A DNA stretch of 64,000 nucleotides from Basidiobolus meristosporus CBS 931.73 (taxonomy: Eukaryota; Fungi; Basidiobolomycota), in assembly GCA_002104905.1 (NCBI GenBank), contig MCFE01000231.1:1-64000 (forward strand), written 5' to 3'. This document shows positions 12,619 through 26,057 of the stretch, piece by piece. The position numbers and the translations under genes are program-made. The notes under the pieces were generated by a model. That model was not told the origin of the DNA. It saw only the letters and a list, made by a program, of their open reading frames with translations, and searched no databases. How positions within the stretch are numbered: position 1 is the first letter of the stretch; each line of letters begins with the position of its first letter.

Positions 12619-13340
12619 ACCGCTGTAAAGCTGCATCTGCCAGGTAAGAAGCTGCATAATGCAACTTGCTTTCTGGAGCAATTCCTTTAGCTTTAAAAGC
12701 TTCTTCATTCTGAAAGAGCCAAGTTCCCAGGTTTTCATTGACTCTGCCATGGTACCAGTTGACCTTCACACTAAAGTTGCTCTTGACAGGGCTTTGCTGG
12801 CTCTGAGTCATGGTAGTCATTCCTTGTTGCTGTTGGCTGAGGATCTGGAGTAACTGTTGCTGTTGGGCCAGGATTTTCTGCATGGCATTCTTCCATTCTG
12901 GATTGTCCAACATCTTGAGGGTGGTTTCTTCTTTCTTCAGGAGGGAGGTTTCTGGTTATAGCTGCTACCATTGTTACAAGTCTTGGTATAAGAGTTGTAG
13001 GGGAATAGGGAGTTTAGATAGTGTTGTATTCACTAAAACTTGAGCTGATTTTTATTGAGCTTCCAGCAGCTCCTTATATACATTTTGCCAGATCAATTGC
13101 TGACTAATTGTATTTCCTAATGTAGGTTGCGGCTGATGACTCATTTGATTGCCTCATCATCACCCAATAAGATCCTACTTACTATATCTATTCCAGTCTG
13201 ATAAGGATATGCTGATTTATCTGCTGACTAATGCTACTAATTTGATAGACAACACTGATGTACTGATAGGCTAAACATATAACTAGTTGATTTGACTAAA
13301 AACTGATCTAACTTAAACATTCTGGCAGTAATTCATAACA
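12619..13340 (-). mobile_element. 5'-only copy of G1 (LTR 12972-13340, PBS, gag start), inserted in copia C1 RT
   Basis: Reverse complement of 388-1110 with the LTR, TGGTAGCAG and a gag N-terminus nearly identical to the 814 ORF. Confidence 0.95.
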
Positions 13341-14410
13341 GGTCTACAAGTGTAAGATAACTGTAAATGGTATTTTTGAAATGTACTAGGCTAGATTGGT
13401 GGCTGAGGGCTATTACCAGATCCAGGGACTAGACTTTAAGGAAACAATTGCACTGGTTGCCAAGTTTTACTCCATTAAGACAGCTCTAGCACTGGCAGCT
13501 GTATGCAGTCTAGATCTACACCAAATGGACGTCAAAACAGCCATTCTAGATGGAGATTGGCAGGAAACTAAATATATGGAGCATCCAGCTAGTTTTGCTA
13601 AACTCAATGACCCCCTTTAGGTGTACTGACTTTGGAAATTGTTGTATGGGATTAAGCAGGCATGTGGAGCATAATATAACAAGATTGACACATATCAAGT
13701 GGAGATTGGGCTCATTTGTTTCACTACAGATTAAGGTAAATATGTGAAACAGCTCAAAAAGGGTGCAATCATCCTAGTATGTTATGTTGAAGCCCTAATA
13801 ATAGCCTCAAGTGACCAGAAGGCACTTAAACAGACAAAATCTGGTCTTTACCTCAAGCTTGAGATGAAAGATCCTGGAAAGTTGAGCTGTATTCTTAGAA
13901 TTGAAGTCAAATTTGACATACCTACGCAGAAAATTGTGCAACATCAGTGTATATACATCAGGGACATTATTAGACACTTTAAATGGAAAGTTGCAAGACT
14001 GCGCTACCTTTATGGACAATGACCTGAAATTGAGTAAATCTCAAGGAGTTTTAGGTGAGAAAGGCTCAAATATAAGGCTAAACTTCTCCTATCAATCAGG
14101 TTGGTAGTGTGGTGTACTTGATGGTGTCTTCATGTCCACAGATTGCTGCGGCAGTTGGAATACTCAGTCTATTCATACAAAATTATGGGTCAGATCAAAT
14201 CACAGTAGTTAAGCAGTTTTCAGATATCCAGAAGGTTTCATAAGTATGGTACTGAAATACTCTGGAACAACTAATAGGCAATATCTTGATGGTTTTAGTA
14301 ACTCAGACTTAGGTAGGGATCTGATTGACAGATGCTCTACCACTGTGTATGCGTTTCTTTATGCTGGCAGAGCAAAAAAAATTACTTGGAATTTTGAGAA
14401 ACAACTACCG

Positions 14411-17351
14411 ATGAGAAGTTGTCACTTTTCATGCATACATATTGATTTATTTCTGTTGAAACTTCCATTGTGCCTCAATTGCAAGTTGTATTGACCTATA
14501 CAACTCCTTATACCCTTCATTAACCTTAAACCCAACTGCACACTCAACAAGTAACTCCATCAAGATCAACCATTCAATAAGTATTTCTGTTGTAATGCTC
14601 TGGTTCCACAACTTTGCCAGGATCCCAACAGCTTTATGCCACTGTTCATTCACTGATTCTAACATATCCTGGTCTTCAGTCAGCACTGCAAGGTCTAGAA
14701 CCTCATCTGCCAGCCTTTGCAAAAAATCATTCTAATATTCAAGTGCTTTGCAGGATATTACAGAGCAACTACTACCCTAAGTACTTCTCACAGGCTCCAA
14801 TCAATATTCATATGCATATGCAACAATACAAATGCACAGACTGGATAAACTGGATATGTATTTTCAAATGGTGTTCTGAAGCCATTCCTTCCAAGAGTAC
14901 ATTGGAAGCATTGGGACTTATCTGCGGACATTTTAGGAATATTTATCCAGAAGCAGATCTCCAATGCCAACTTGACTCATCTACAGCTGTTATGCAAGTA
15001 GTTTGTGAAAGGCTTTGAGCTGCTATACTACAACCATAAAGCTGAACAAGTAGATCTCTGCTGCTGCTGTATCCATTCTCTACTCCATCTTACATGGTGT
15101 GTGGAGAATATTGGGCCTACTTCACTTTTTAGGGGTTTCCTATGGAGCAGATGTGTGGGGAAATAGGGAGACAAGTCAAGTTTCACTTACTACCATATGC
15201 CATTCTCATCAAGAACATTACCTTCTAATCCATCATAGATGTGATGAGCCGGCACATAGAGGACAGCCAGGAAGAGTTGGAAAATACTGAGAACAAATGT
15301 GCACATGGAGATACCTATGCCTATGCCATTAAGAAGCTAAGCAGCTCCAATGCATGGGTAATCAGTCAAGTAATGCAAAATTGGGTTAGGAGCAACAAGC
15401 AACTAATTTTCATGAGTAAAACCTACTAAGATATGCTGGATTTCTCCTGATCAAAAGCCAACTTGTACAATATTCAATATGGAACTCACACAAACCAGTG
15501 CCAGAGTGCACCTATTAGGGTAACCAGAATCCAGCAGGGAGAAGAAATATATTGGCTAAACACCAAGAAGTTCTTTACATATATCCAGGAGGTATTCATG
15601 GCAGAAGTGGCAACATCCAAGCACATGTTTGCAAGATGTATATGTTGCCAGCAGTACAAGGTATATAGCAGCTTTGCATGTTTTGCACTAAAAAGTCGTA
15701 CAGTTGAGCTGATAGAAGTATGTCAACTGCAGCAGGTGTGCATGTTTGTAGAGGTTAGTAAGCAGGAGGCCATAGTTTTGTTTGACTCAAACTACATGTG
15801 GAACATCCATGGTAGTAGTTGGTAAGCAGTCAAAGAGAGGTGATTCTACAGCGGAATATATATGAATAGTACTAGGGGTGGTAGAAAAAGGAAATATTAT
15901 TTATTAAATAAGTTCAGCAGCATTATACAGCACCAGCTATAAGCTGCCATACTGCTGTAATAATACCATTAGAGTTGTGCTGTCAAGCTGTTGAAGTACC
16001 ATCAAGTTTTTGGCCATATAAGGCAATTGGATGTCCTGGCTGGTGTGGTGGTGTATAGGTCCAAGGGAGAGATACGTTCAACACTTCTCAAGTGTTTTGT
16101 GTGTGGGGTGTTCACTTGGTGCAATAACCTCTGGCAAAAGCTTGCTAGGAATACTTGGGTTTTGTCTCTCATCTAATGTCAAGGGGAATAAAACCTCAAG
16201 CTTGTCAAGGGAAAACTATTGAGCTACAGTCCCCAACTTAGTTAGCATCTTAACAAAAGTATGTGCTGGATTCAGCATCCTTTGAGATAACAACTGTAAA
16301 CTCCACCAGCAGGGACTTGATAAGAATACAGCTGTGGTCAATAGTTACAAAGACAGAAAAGTATCTTTGCCTGTACAAGAACAAACTTGGGAAAGAATCA
16401 AATATAATAAAAGATACCTACTCTGAGTATTCCTCACAAGTAGTGCCTCCAAGGTCAGTTGGCTGTCAGCGTGGTTTCCTGGGAATGTCCTGTGGTCTGG
16501 GGTTGGAAGTTCAGGTAACAGCATGTAGCAGTGATCACACTAATCAACAAGTTGGTATATTGATAAAAGGGATGATGATTTATTGTTGAGGGATAGCCTC
16601 CCTTGTATAATTTTCTTACTGGATAAGTGATTACTAATCATGGTGTTCCAGAAGGTTCCAGATATCAATAGAAATCTTAATGACATCAGAATGACCTAAA
16701 AATGTTCTAAGTAGGTGCCAGAAGGTTCTAAGATGCACATCACATCCTACCAATCAGGAATCAGTATTCTGAAACCTGTGTAACATAGGGATACCATATA
16801 TGGTATGGAAATAGTAGGGATGGTGCCACAGGTTGACCATGTGTCACAGGTACTGGCACGGGTACTTGCCAAATATAGAGCACTTATAGCTAGTAATCTT
16901 ACATAAAGTGAGGGGTAACTTATACAATAAGGTAAGCAGGTGTGATAGTCAACTGGCTTATGGGATAGTACTGATCAGGTAAGACAAATGGGATAAAAGT
17001 AAAAGAAGTGTAGTGGTGATATAGGGAAGTAGAAAATAAGGGAATGAGCACATCTGTCAGTGGGTGTTGCAGTCACCCCACAACACCGGTAGGATCCATT
17101 CAGAATAGTTGTACAGCACCATAAGACCTCAACAATACCGTGCAATTATTGTCACAGCATCAATCAGATCTTGTCAAGTTTTATTACTTTATTTGGTGGT
17201 AAAATTGGCAAAACATCATTGTGGTCCTATCATAAGATCATCAATAGGGTCACTAATATCAAGCTGCTGGTAGTATGACAGTCTCTTAATGGGATCCTGA
17301 TGGCTGATCTGAATTGGATCCACCTCTGGGACCAAATCATTTTTCATAGTG
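14411..17351 (+). mobile_element. CACTA/CMC family internal-deletion derivative; right end ...TTTCATAGTG (CACTA terminus)
   Basis: ORF2 3' region is fused near 14750 to the transposase 3' part, then the right subterminal region. Homologous to 30790-31100 and 34720-37048. Confidence 0.85.
16044..17085. mobile_element. Solo LTR, family S (1042 bp)
   Basis: TGTGG...CAACA with flanks CTGG / CCGG. Host CACTA sequence is continuous across it. Homologous to 24629-25708 (inverted) and 36241-37010. Confidence 0.88.
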
Positions 17352-20300
17352 AATACTCTGTTTCCATGACTTTGACAAGAACCCAATGGCTATATGCCAC
17401 TGTTCATGCACTGGTTCCCACACATCCTGGTCTGCAGCTGGCACAGCAAGGTCTAACACCATATTTGCCAGTCTTTGCAATAAGTCCTTGCAATATTCAA
17501 GTGCATTTTCTTGAGCACTGCTCTTGAAGAAGTGCTGCAACATCCTGGTGTGCCTATTAATGTTCCAAGATTCCACTAAAGACACTGTGGTAGTCTTAAA
17601 AGTTCTTGATATTTTAGCCTTGTCTAATGGTGGGTCTCCACTCTGTCAACAATGGAGGATGTGGAGGCTGTGGTAGACAAATTGCATTTGTCTGCAATCT
17701 CATCTACCTTGCTGGAGTGTAGCTCAACCTGCTGTGCTTCCAACTGTTGTGAAATAGCTGTTTTCTTGTTGGAAATTCTTCTTGGCTATGATAGGATTCA
17801 GTCTGTTCTGGGCTTGCAGAGTTGATTGGCAAGAAGTGCAGTTATTTTTTATGCTTTCTCCACTCAAGCTTAGATAGGCATTTTCCCCTTTACCATTTCC
17901 TCATCACTGCCAGGTCTTTCACTGCTACTTTGTCTGAGTACTTCTTGTCATGAACTATGTTTTATGCTTGATAAAATCTGCTCCAATGTAACTATTTTGG
18001 CCTGCTTGTCCCTTGCTGGCACTGTTCTGGTGACACTTGTTTGGAGCTTTTGACCCTGCATGTAATGGGATCTTGAGGAAGATGCTGGCATTTAGCCATG
18101 GTACCCTTGTTCTTCTGCCTGTGATAGTTTCTGCTATTCAAAAAATACCTTCTTTGTATACCAATGCTGGTCCAAAATCAGCTTGCTTGCTTGAATTCAG
18201 GATAATAATCATGGAACCTCAAAGACTGCACAGTGCTCCTCTGCTGTTACATTGGGAAATGGCTCAATTCCTGGCTGTGACATTGAACTACTTGAGTTCC
18301 TTCTATACAACAAGGGTATTGCTTTCTCTACCTGGGATAGTGATTGCTCTACACATATTGTCTGCTCATCCTGTTGCTGGGCTATTTCCTGATTTCTCTG
18401 GGCCATTGCTTCTATCCTATCAGCCACTGCACCTAATTGTTTCATTAATGCTTTGTATGACCTGACACAATACTTGCTAATAAGGCTGATGGTGATGTTA
18501 TGACAGCTACTTGCTGTTCTTCAGTTGAGGGCCCTGCATTAGCTACATTCTCATCTGCCTGAGCATAACAGTCAGCTTGTGGCTCCCCAGAGGTTCTCAT
18601 TTGCCTACTTGACTGAGAGCCTGAGGAGTCTGTATTATTATCTTCAGTTAACACACTGTTAACATGGCCTTTCTTGGATGTGGCCCTGTTTGTTGCACTG
18701 AATGTCAAAGTAAGTTGATGTCCAACCTTTCTTCTGCAGCCATCAGCGGTGGTCTTTAGTTGAGAACCGGATAACTTTGCTTTGTATTTTGGCAGCATAT
18801 ATATGGCAGTAAGTCAAACCAAAGTGGAAATAGTGTTAGATATATGTTTGTATGTGGTGCCATGACTTTATTCATAGTGCTAACTATGGCAGGCCATCAT
18901 TGAACTTTACATTCATGAGGGTGCAATATCTCAAATACAGACTGTCTTTAATTCACATCAGTATTGACCAGAAAGTGATACAAAAGTTGGCAATCCATCA
19001 GCCATTAGCTGGAATATGGAATCAATTGGAAACCAGAAATACTTAAGATAGGGGGTACCTGTTGGGGCAAAAGCTCTCCAATGGGAGCATTGCATTTACA
19101 TCTTAACAATATCCCTATACCAATGACCAAGTTGCACATGTGGCATTTCAAGCTAAATGTACACTTTGAAATACAAGAGCAGTTTGAAGGAATTGGCACA
19201 ATAGTACAGAGTGGATTTGAGCTGCTTTACTACAAACTCAAAGCTGAGCATGTAGATCTTTACTGCAACTTTATCCTTTCTCTACTCCATCTTGCATGGT
19301 GTGTGGAAAATATTGGGCCTTGCCTCACATTTTGGGAGTTTCCTATGGAGCCAATGTGTGGGGAGATAGAAAGACAAGTCAAGTTGCAGGTACAATTATA
19401 TCCCAATCTCACCAAGAATATTACCTTCAAGTCCATCATGGATGTGGTGAGTTGGCACATGGAGGAGAGCCCAGAAGAGTTGGAAAATACTCAGGACAGA
19501 TGTCCACATGGAGACACCAATGCCTATGCCATTAAGAAGCTAAGCAGCCCCAATGTGTGGCTAATCAGTTAAGTATTGCAATGCTGAGTTAGGTGCAACA
19601 AGCAACTAATTTTGATTACAAAGACTATACCAAGGTATGCCAGATTTCTCTTGGTCACAAACCAACTTCTACACCATGCAATACAGAATTCCTACAAAAA
19701 AGAGCCAGACTGCTGCAATAAAGGGAACTAAAATCCAGCAGGGAGAACAAATATTTTATCTAAGTACCAAAGAGTTCTTTACAGATAATTGGGAGGTATT
19801 CATGGTGGAAGTGGTAGCAACCAAGTATTTGTTTTCAAGATGTATATGTTACCAGTAGTATAAGTTATGTGGCAACTTTGTAAGTATCACACTCAAAAGC
19901 TGTAAAGCTGAGGCAATAGAAGTATGTCAACTGAGACAGGTGTGTGTGTTTGTAGTGGTCAGTAAGCAGGAGGCCATAGTATCTTTTGATTCAAACTATA
20001 TGTGGAATATCCAAGGTAGTGGTGGGTAAGCAGTTAAAGAGGGGTGATTCTACAGTGCAATATATGAATTGCACAAGGGGAGGTAGAAAAATGAAATACC
20101 ATTTGGTAAATTAGTAAGATAGCATTATACAGAACCATTTGTAGACTGCCATACTGCCATGATAATGCCTTCAGAGACTTGCAATGGGGCTGTCAAAATA
20201 CTGTAAAGTCTTTTGTCTCATAAGACAATTGCTTACCAGGCCAGTTAGATCCACTTAAAGTAGTTGAAGAGAGCATTAAGACTACAACAATGTCACGCAA

Positions 20301-20506
20301 TTATTGTCACAGTACTAATAAAACCCTTTTGAGTTTAATAACTTTATTTGGCAGTAAAATCAACAAAGTGTTGTTGTGTTCCCATCAGATGATTGTCAAG
20401 AGGGTGACTAACTCCAAGCTGCTGGTGTTTTGGTGGTCTCCAAATGGGATCCTGAAAGCTGATCTGGATTGGATCCACCTGCAGGACCAAATTTCTCTTC
20501 ATAGGG
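17352..20506 (+). mobile_element. CACTA/CMC family deletion derivative (ORF2 on -, deleted transposase on +, right end ...TTCATAGGG)
   Basis: 17352-18960 matches 30960-33060, jumps near 18975 into transposase sequence (~34500), and ends at the TIR at 20506. Confidence 0.85.
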
Positions 20507-20871
20507 CCATCTGTGGCCTTGTCACCAACTAAAGCTGATTATATGTCTGCTTGTCAAGCAACTAAGCAGGCTATATGGCTACAAATATTATCCAAAGACT
20601 TAGGTTTTAATTCAGATTAACCAACATGTATTTAAAAGGATAATCAAAGTTGTTTATCACTTGCTAGGAATCCTACCAATCATGCCAGAACTAAGCACAT
20701 AGATATACAACACCACTTTGTGTAGGAAGCTGTAGACAATAACTTAGTAGAGTCAGTTTACTGCCTAAATGATCAAATGGTGGCAGGTATATTGACAAAA
20801 GCACTAGCTAGGCCACAATTTGAGAATTTCAGAAAAGAATTAGATTAAGAAATTATTTAGTTGAGGGGGAG

Positions 20872-21239
20872 TGTTGAAATATTGGACCATTTGGTATCAT
20901 TCAACAGCTAAAAGCTTATTTAACAGTTCTGGATCAGTCTTGTTTGCTGTAAGACTATTTTACAGCCCTAGCCATGCCACTTTCTTCAAATCTATGATCC
21001 CATGGTTATTCCCCTATAGTCAGATCAAATTGGCACTTTTACCAAACATTGTGTACTAACCCTGAAACTGCTACAAAGTGCTCCTGGTAGCTGAGAAGCT
21101 CACCTTACATAGTATTACGGTTTTATTACTTCTACATAGATATAAATACTGAGCTTCTTTTTGAATAAACAACAGTTCAACTATTATTACTATTTCTTAA
21201 TAAGTTCCTCATATCCAAATTACTTCTTAAATTGCAACA
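20872..21239 (+). repeat. Copia C1 3' LTR
   Basis: Follows the PPT. TGTTG...CAACA ends. CACTA transposase sequence resumes at 21240. Single copy in the window. Confidence 0.75.
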
Positions 21240-22481
21240 TCATCTTCCCATGGAGAGAACATACAGAAGTCAGCATGTAATAGCCGCCAAGTTGGGAATC
21301 TTTAAGCCATTGGCCAGAGTATGGAGTTAAATGGAACCTGGAGATACTTAGATAGAGGATATCTGTAAGAGCCAAAGCTTCCCACTTGGAGCAATGCACT
21401 TGCTTTTTAGCAAAATTGCCATACTAATGGCCAAGTTGTACATGGGGCACTTTAAACTGAATGATCCCTTTCAGATACAGGCAAAATTTGAGAGAATTGG
21501 CAAGGTATTACAGATTATCTGCTACTTAAAGTAATTCTCACAGACTCCAATTAATATTCATACATATTTGCAACTATACAAATGCATAGACTGGCTGAAC
21601 TGAATACATGTTTATTCAAGTGGTTTTCTGAAGCCATTTCCAACAGGAGTACACTGGAAGCACCGGGAAATATGTGGTGACATTGTAGGAATATTTATCC
21701 AAAATTGAATCACCAGTACCAAATTTGTGCATCTACAGCTTCTATGCAAGGTGTTTGCAGTTGGATTTGAGTGGCCGTACTACAGACATAAAGCTGAATA
21801 TTTTGATTGCAGCTGATATTGCATCCATCTGATACTCAATCTTGCTTGGTGTGTAGAGAATATTGAGCCTTGCTTCAGCTTTTGCAAGCTTCCTATATAG
21901 TGGATATGTTGGGAGAATAAAAGATAAGTCAAGTCACAGTCACTTACATATCCCAATTGCACCCAGAATATTACCATCAAGTCCATTAGGGATGTGATGA
22001 GGTGGCACACAGGGGACCACCAGGAAGAGTTGGAAAATACTGAGGACAGATGCTCACATGAATATACATATGCCTTTGGCATTATGAAGCTATGCAGCCC
22101 TAATGTGTGGGTTATCAGTTAAGTTACACATGGTTGGGTTGAACACAACAAATTAAATTTTAGGACAACTCTACCAAGATATGCCAGGTTTCTCTTGGTC
22201 ACATGCCACTTTCTACACCATTCAGTACACAGGTTGCACAAAGAAGAGCCATATTGCACTTATAAGACCTAGAATTCAGCAGAGAGAAGGAATATATTAG
22301 ACTTGTTCCGTTGGATAGTACCGCATTGTGCCAGCCTCTTTATAGTGCCAGATTGATCTGGCACTCTACAGCACTATCTGGCACTATAACATCTACCATG
22401 ATGCCAGTGGTATTATACAGTTACTGGTAATTTTACTCAATCTTACTTACGTTGCTCAGAATAGTGCTTTCCTTGCTTTAT

Positions 22482-23366
22482 TTACTCTTCATAATGCTCC
22501 AGACACATTTCTCTCAGTGGATGTCTTCTTGTATGAACATACTGTGCATTAATAAGTATCTTAACTATTTTACCTATTCTGCTGTTTTCTCCTATATATG
22601 ACTTTCCTCTGTATTTACCTGCCAATATGCTGAATCTCTTCAGATATCCAAATGTGTGCTCTACCCTCACTCTGAAATGATTAAATATCTCATTGTAGAG
22701 CTTCTGCTTCCTGCTAAGCACACCATTCCTTGGCTTCCTATAAGCTGTAATATATCCTAATCTCTGACAATCCTCTCCTATATAGGCTAAGTCTGCCATA
22801 CATTTCTTCCCTCTACTGAATTCAGGATGATTCTCTACCCAGAGTGCTTTGTCATGCCTACTTCCAGCGAATGGCCCACTAAACCAGATGATGTTACCCT
22901 CAATGTCAGACAGTGCTTGAAACTTCACACAGTGTGCCTTGTACTTGCCAGAATAAAAGTGCCTCTGCCCTCTAGAAGGTCTGTTAATCCTCACTGGGAA
23001 GGTATCCAAAATACTCCTGATATGGAACCTGTTGCTGAACACTCTGGGATATGGAAGTCTATTGGAGCTTCTGAACCTAGTATTCCAAGCTTGCTCTAAG
23101 TCATTCATACCCTTTGCAAGGTGGCTCTCCATTGCTGTCAGCTGGGAATGGAAGCTTCTAGGACCTTTGTTGCCATGGATGGTGGGATGAAACCTTGTAG
23201 GGCAATAGTTCTTGTAATAGCAGAGAAGCTTAACAAGGGATCTCCTTGAGTAGATTGGGTCTGATGGTCCACAGTACTTGGAATAGATCTCCTCCAGTGT
23301 GTCAAAAGGAAATCCAGTGGTAGTGATGGGATTGATGAGAGAAGACCATTCAGATTAGTAAGTCAT
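22482..23366 (-). CDS. DDE_Tnp_4-type (IS5/ISL2/Harbinger-like) transposase; one TAA at codon 4
   Basis: SILDTFPVRINRP, FYSGKYKAHCVKFQ, GPFAGSRHD, MADLAYIG, RVRVEHTFGYLKRF. The frame is open from 23354 to 22482, upstream of the track's start at 23132. ATG at 23366 is in frame. Confidence 0.88.
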
Positions 23367-23725
23367 ATCAAAATTGGTGGATGATTGTATGAAGGTGGTT
23401 TGAATTGATTTGGCGCAATCTGCGTTATTTATCTGATTTTAAATACATTATGGTTAAATCTCCATCAATTGCCATGTATCCCATCATTGTGTTGCAAAAA
23501 TCATCTGCAAACAATGCCTTGGTATTTTTACTGATGCTTTAATTATAGGTCTATAATCAAATAGGAAATCTGCAATTGATTTGATCTGATCCGTGTCAAT
23601 GCAATCCAAGATGCATGATGCATAATATATGGAAAATTCAACAATCACATTAGTTTTCATATATATTTCATATAAGACCAGGTTGATGCCAATATACTGC
23701 TGTATAAGTATCCAAATCCATTGCT

Positions 23726-26057
23726 ATGGTCCCCATACCAAGCCTCAACTCATCTTTAGTACAACCCAGACAAAACCCATCCCTCAGCCCACAAGCGCAG
23801 TTCGGACCAGAAAAGTTGATGTCGGATCCATTTGAGTTCTTGCCAAATGATTTTTGTATGGCCCAAGTGTCTATGATGAGCCTTCATACAGATATTTGGG
23901 CACTACTGATTAATCTAGCAGAACTAGATACCTCAGAGAGTCAACAAAGATGGAAGAGTTTGAGTAGAAAGCTGTGGCATGAGTTCTACATCAAGATGCC
24001 AGCCAATGTATGTAAGAAGATATATAACAAGACAAGTATTGAAATCAAGAATGAGCTGAGAGTGAGGGGATTTGACGCAGAAGCCGTGCAGGAACAATTT
24101 TGCACGCAATTTGCACAGTACGGGCCGGATGTGTTTGTTTGTGCCTCAACTTTGGGAACCAAAGAGATTTTGAATGAGTTTTTGCCTCAAATGACTAATG
24201 TACTACATGATATATTAGTAGAGCTAAGTGGCTTCCAAGAGCAATATACACAGGACTCATCCAGGCAACAGCTCCAAAGTATCAGACAGAGGGTAAGTGA
24301 ATACCTTGAGGAATCAGATGGTGAGCTTCAGGAGGAAGAATACAGACCGCTAGCAACATCATCCAGATTGCGCCAGCATGCCTTGCTAGATTCCCTACCA
24401 TCTCTTGCAACCACAGCGCGCCGGCGCACGTCAGTCCAGGCCATGCCAACACCCTTTACCAGAATGCACCACATCAAGTCAACGCACATTGGGTCAACGC
24501 GTGTGCTTCAGAGCAAAACTACAAGAACTTGCCAAACTGCTCATTTAGACACAAGTCCATTGGAGCGGACCAAGTTGCGTCAACATGCAGCATCACATCA
24601 AACTCAACCAAGGGCCATCTCAACGCGTTATAGTGGGGTCACAGTGGCACCCACAGGCAGATGTGCTCATTCTCATACTTTCACTTCCCTAAAAAGGATT
24701 ACCCCCTCTATATTAGTATCATCCCAAATTGCAATATTTTCTATTCTGTCTATGTGATTATTACTATGCAACCTGACAAACTATTTGTCACTATTATCCC
24801 ATTGCACAAGCTATTCCTCTTCCTTGCTAAGATGCCAAGATAAGATAGCTGCCATATAAGGCAAGTACCCCCAACAGTGCCCATGTCATGTGACCATCTT
24901 GGTTTCATAACCCTCCTATCCTACTACCATAAGAGGCAACCACATGACACAGGGGTTTCATATTACCACTACCTGATTAGCTAGGTGCTACTATGACTCA
25001 TGGAACAATCCTCCAAGAATTTGCGCTATTTTTAGTACACAATGACATGATTGGCTGTCTACTACCTTCTGGAAACTTCCGGTAAGTATTTTCTAGCAAG
25101 AAATTGAGCAGCAAAAAAGTATATAAGGGAGGCTATCCCTTAAAATAAATCATCCCCTCTTCCAATATTCCAACTTATTGATTAGTGAGATCACCGCTAC
25201 ATATTACCACTATTTTCTGACTCAGACTTGACAATACTCCCAGGAAACCACGCTGACAGCCAACTGACCTTGGAGGCACTACTTGTGAGGAATACTCAGA
25301 GTAGGTATATTTTATTATATTTGTTTGTTTTCCCAAGTTTGTTCTTGTACAGGCAAAGATACTTTTCAGTCTTTGTAACTATTGGTCAAAGCTGCATTCT
25401 TATCAAGTCCCTGTTGGTGGAGTTTACAGTTGTTTTGACTTTGGAAGCTTTAGTACATTGTCATCTCAAAGGACATTGAAGCCATTATAAACTTTTGTTA
25501 AGATGCCAACTAAGTTGGGGATTGTAGTTCAATAGTTTTCCCTTGACAAGCTTGAGGCTTTATCCCCCATCACATTAGATTGGACAAAAGACCCAGTATT
25601 CCTAGCAAGCTTTTGCCAGAGGTTATTGCACCCAGTGAACACCCCACACACATTCACACTTGAGAAGTGTTGGCCGTATTATGCCCTTTGGACTTATACA
25701 CCACCACAGCGTCAAGGCGTGCCTGCTTGTGCCGTTTTGCCTGACCATCAGCAAGTTACTTCTGGTGAACTGACTGATGATGACCAACATGAGGTGCCTC
25801 AACCACCGGAGCCCTTGGCAAGTAAAAGAACGCGTCAGCACGTGGCACCACAGGCCAGTTCAGTTGGTTCAGTTGAAGCAATTCAGCGCGGCCAAGCTGC
25901 AGCATTGCACTCATCAACTAGGAGGCAAAATACTGACTACAAATACACAAGTAGCCAAGATGATAGTCAGCCAGGAAGTAGTATAGGTGTGCAAAGTGAG
26001 TCACTACCAAATGCCTCAGTAATAATTCCTGTGAGAAAAAAACCCAGGAGAAGATGA
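23726..26057 (+). pseudogene. PHIS ORF2 (possible Myb/SANT-trihelix N-terminus, C-terminal basic NLS-like RKKPRRR), interrupted by a solo LTR
   Basis: Open 23726-24628 and 25713-26057. Copy A (1-387 + 5331-5413) shows the joined sequence. The RWKSLSRKL..P..VCKK pattern resembles trihelix/MADF domains (inference). Confidence 0.7.
24629..25708. mobile_element. Solo LTR, family S (1080 bp), inverted relative to 16044-17085
   Basis: Perfect 4-bp TSD GCGT (24625-24628 / 25709-25712). Ends TAT.. (TG decayed) and ..CCACA. Confidence 0.9.

Larger units (their letters stand above)
13341..21239 (+). mobile_element. Ty1/copia element C1, 3' half (RT 13341-14410; RNase H 20507-20860; 3' LTR), interrupted by CACTA copies
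   Basis: ARLVAEGYYQIQGLDF, HQMDVKTA, LVCYVEAL (YVDD decayed). ITWNFEKQLP at 14410 resumes as (P)SVALSPTKADY..ACQATKQAIWL at 20507. PPT GAGGGGGAG. Confidence 0.88.

Noticed and set aside
12398-12619. Extra ORF 3' of the G2 integrase (env-like?)
   Set aside because: 73 aa, truncated by the junction, with no signal peptide or TM segment.
16263-16589. ORFs inside the solo LTRs (also 25228-25479, 24661-24843)
   Set aside because: Not conserved as open frames among the three LTR copies.
23870-23980. F-box-like motif in PHIS ORF2 (SLHTDIWALLINL..LSRKLW)
   Set aside because: It lacks the LP core, and the same residues fit the Myb/SANT-trihelix pattern expected for Harbinger ORF2 better. A profile search is needed to decide.
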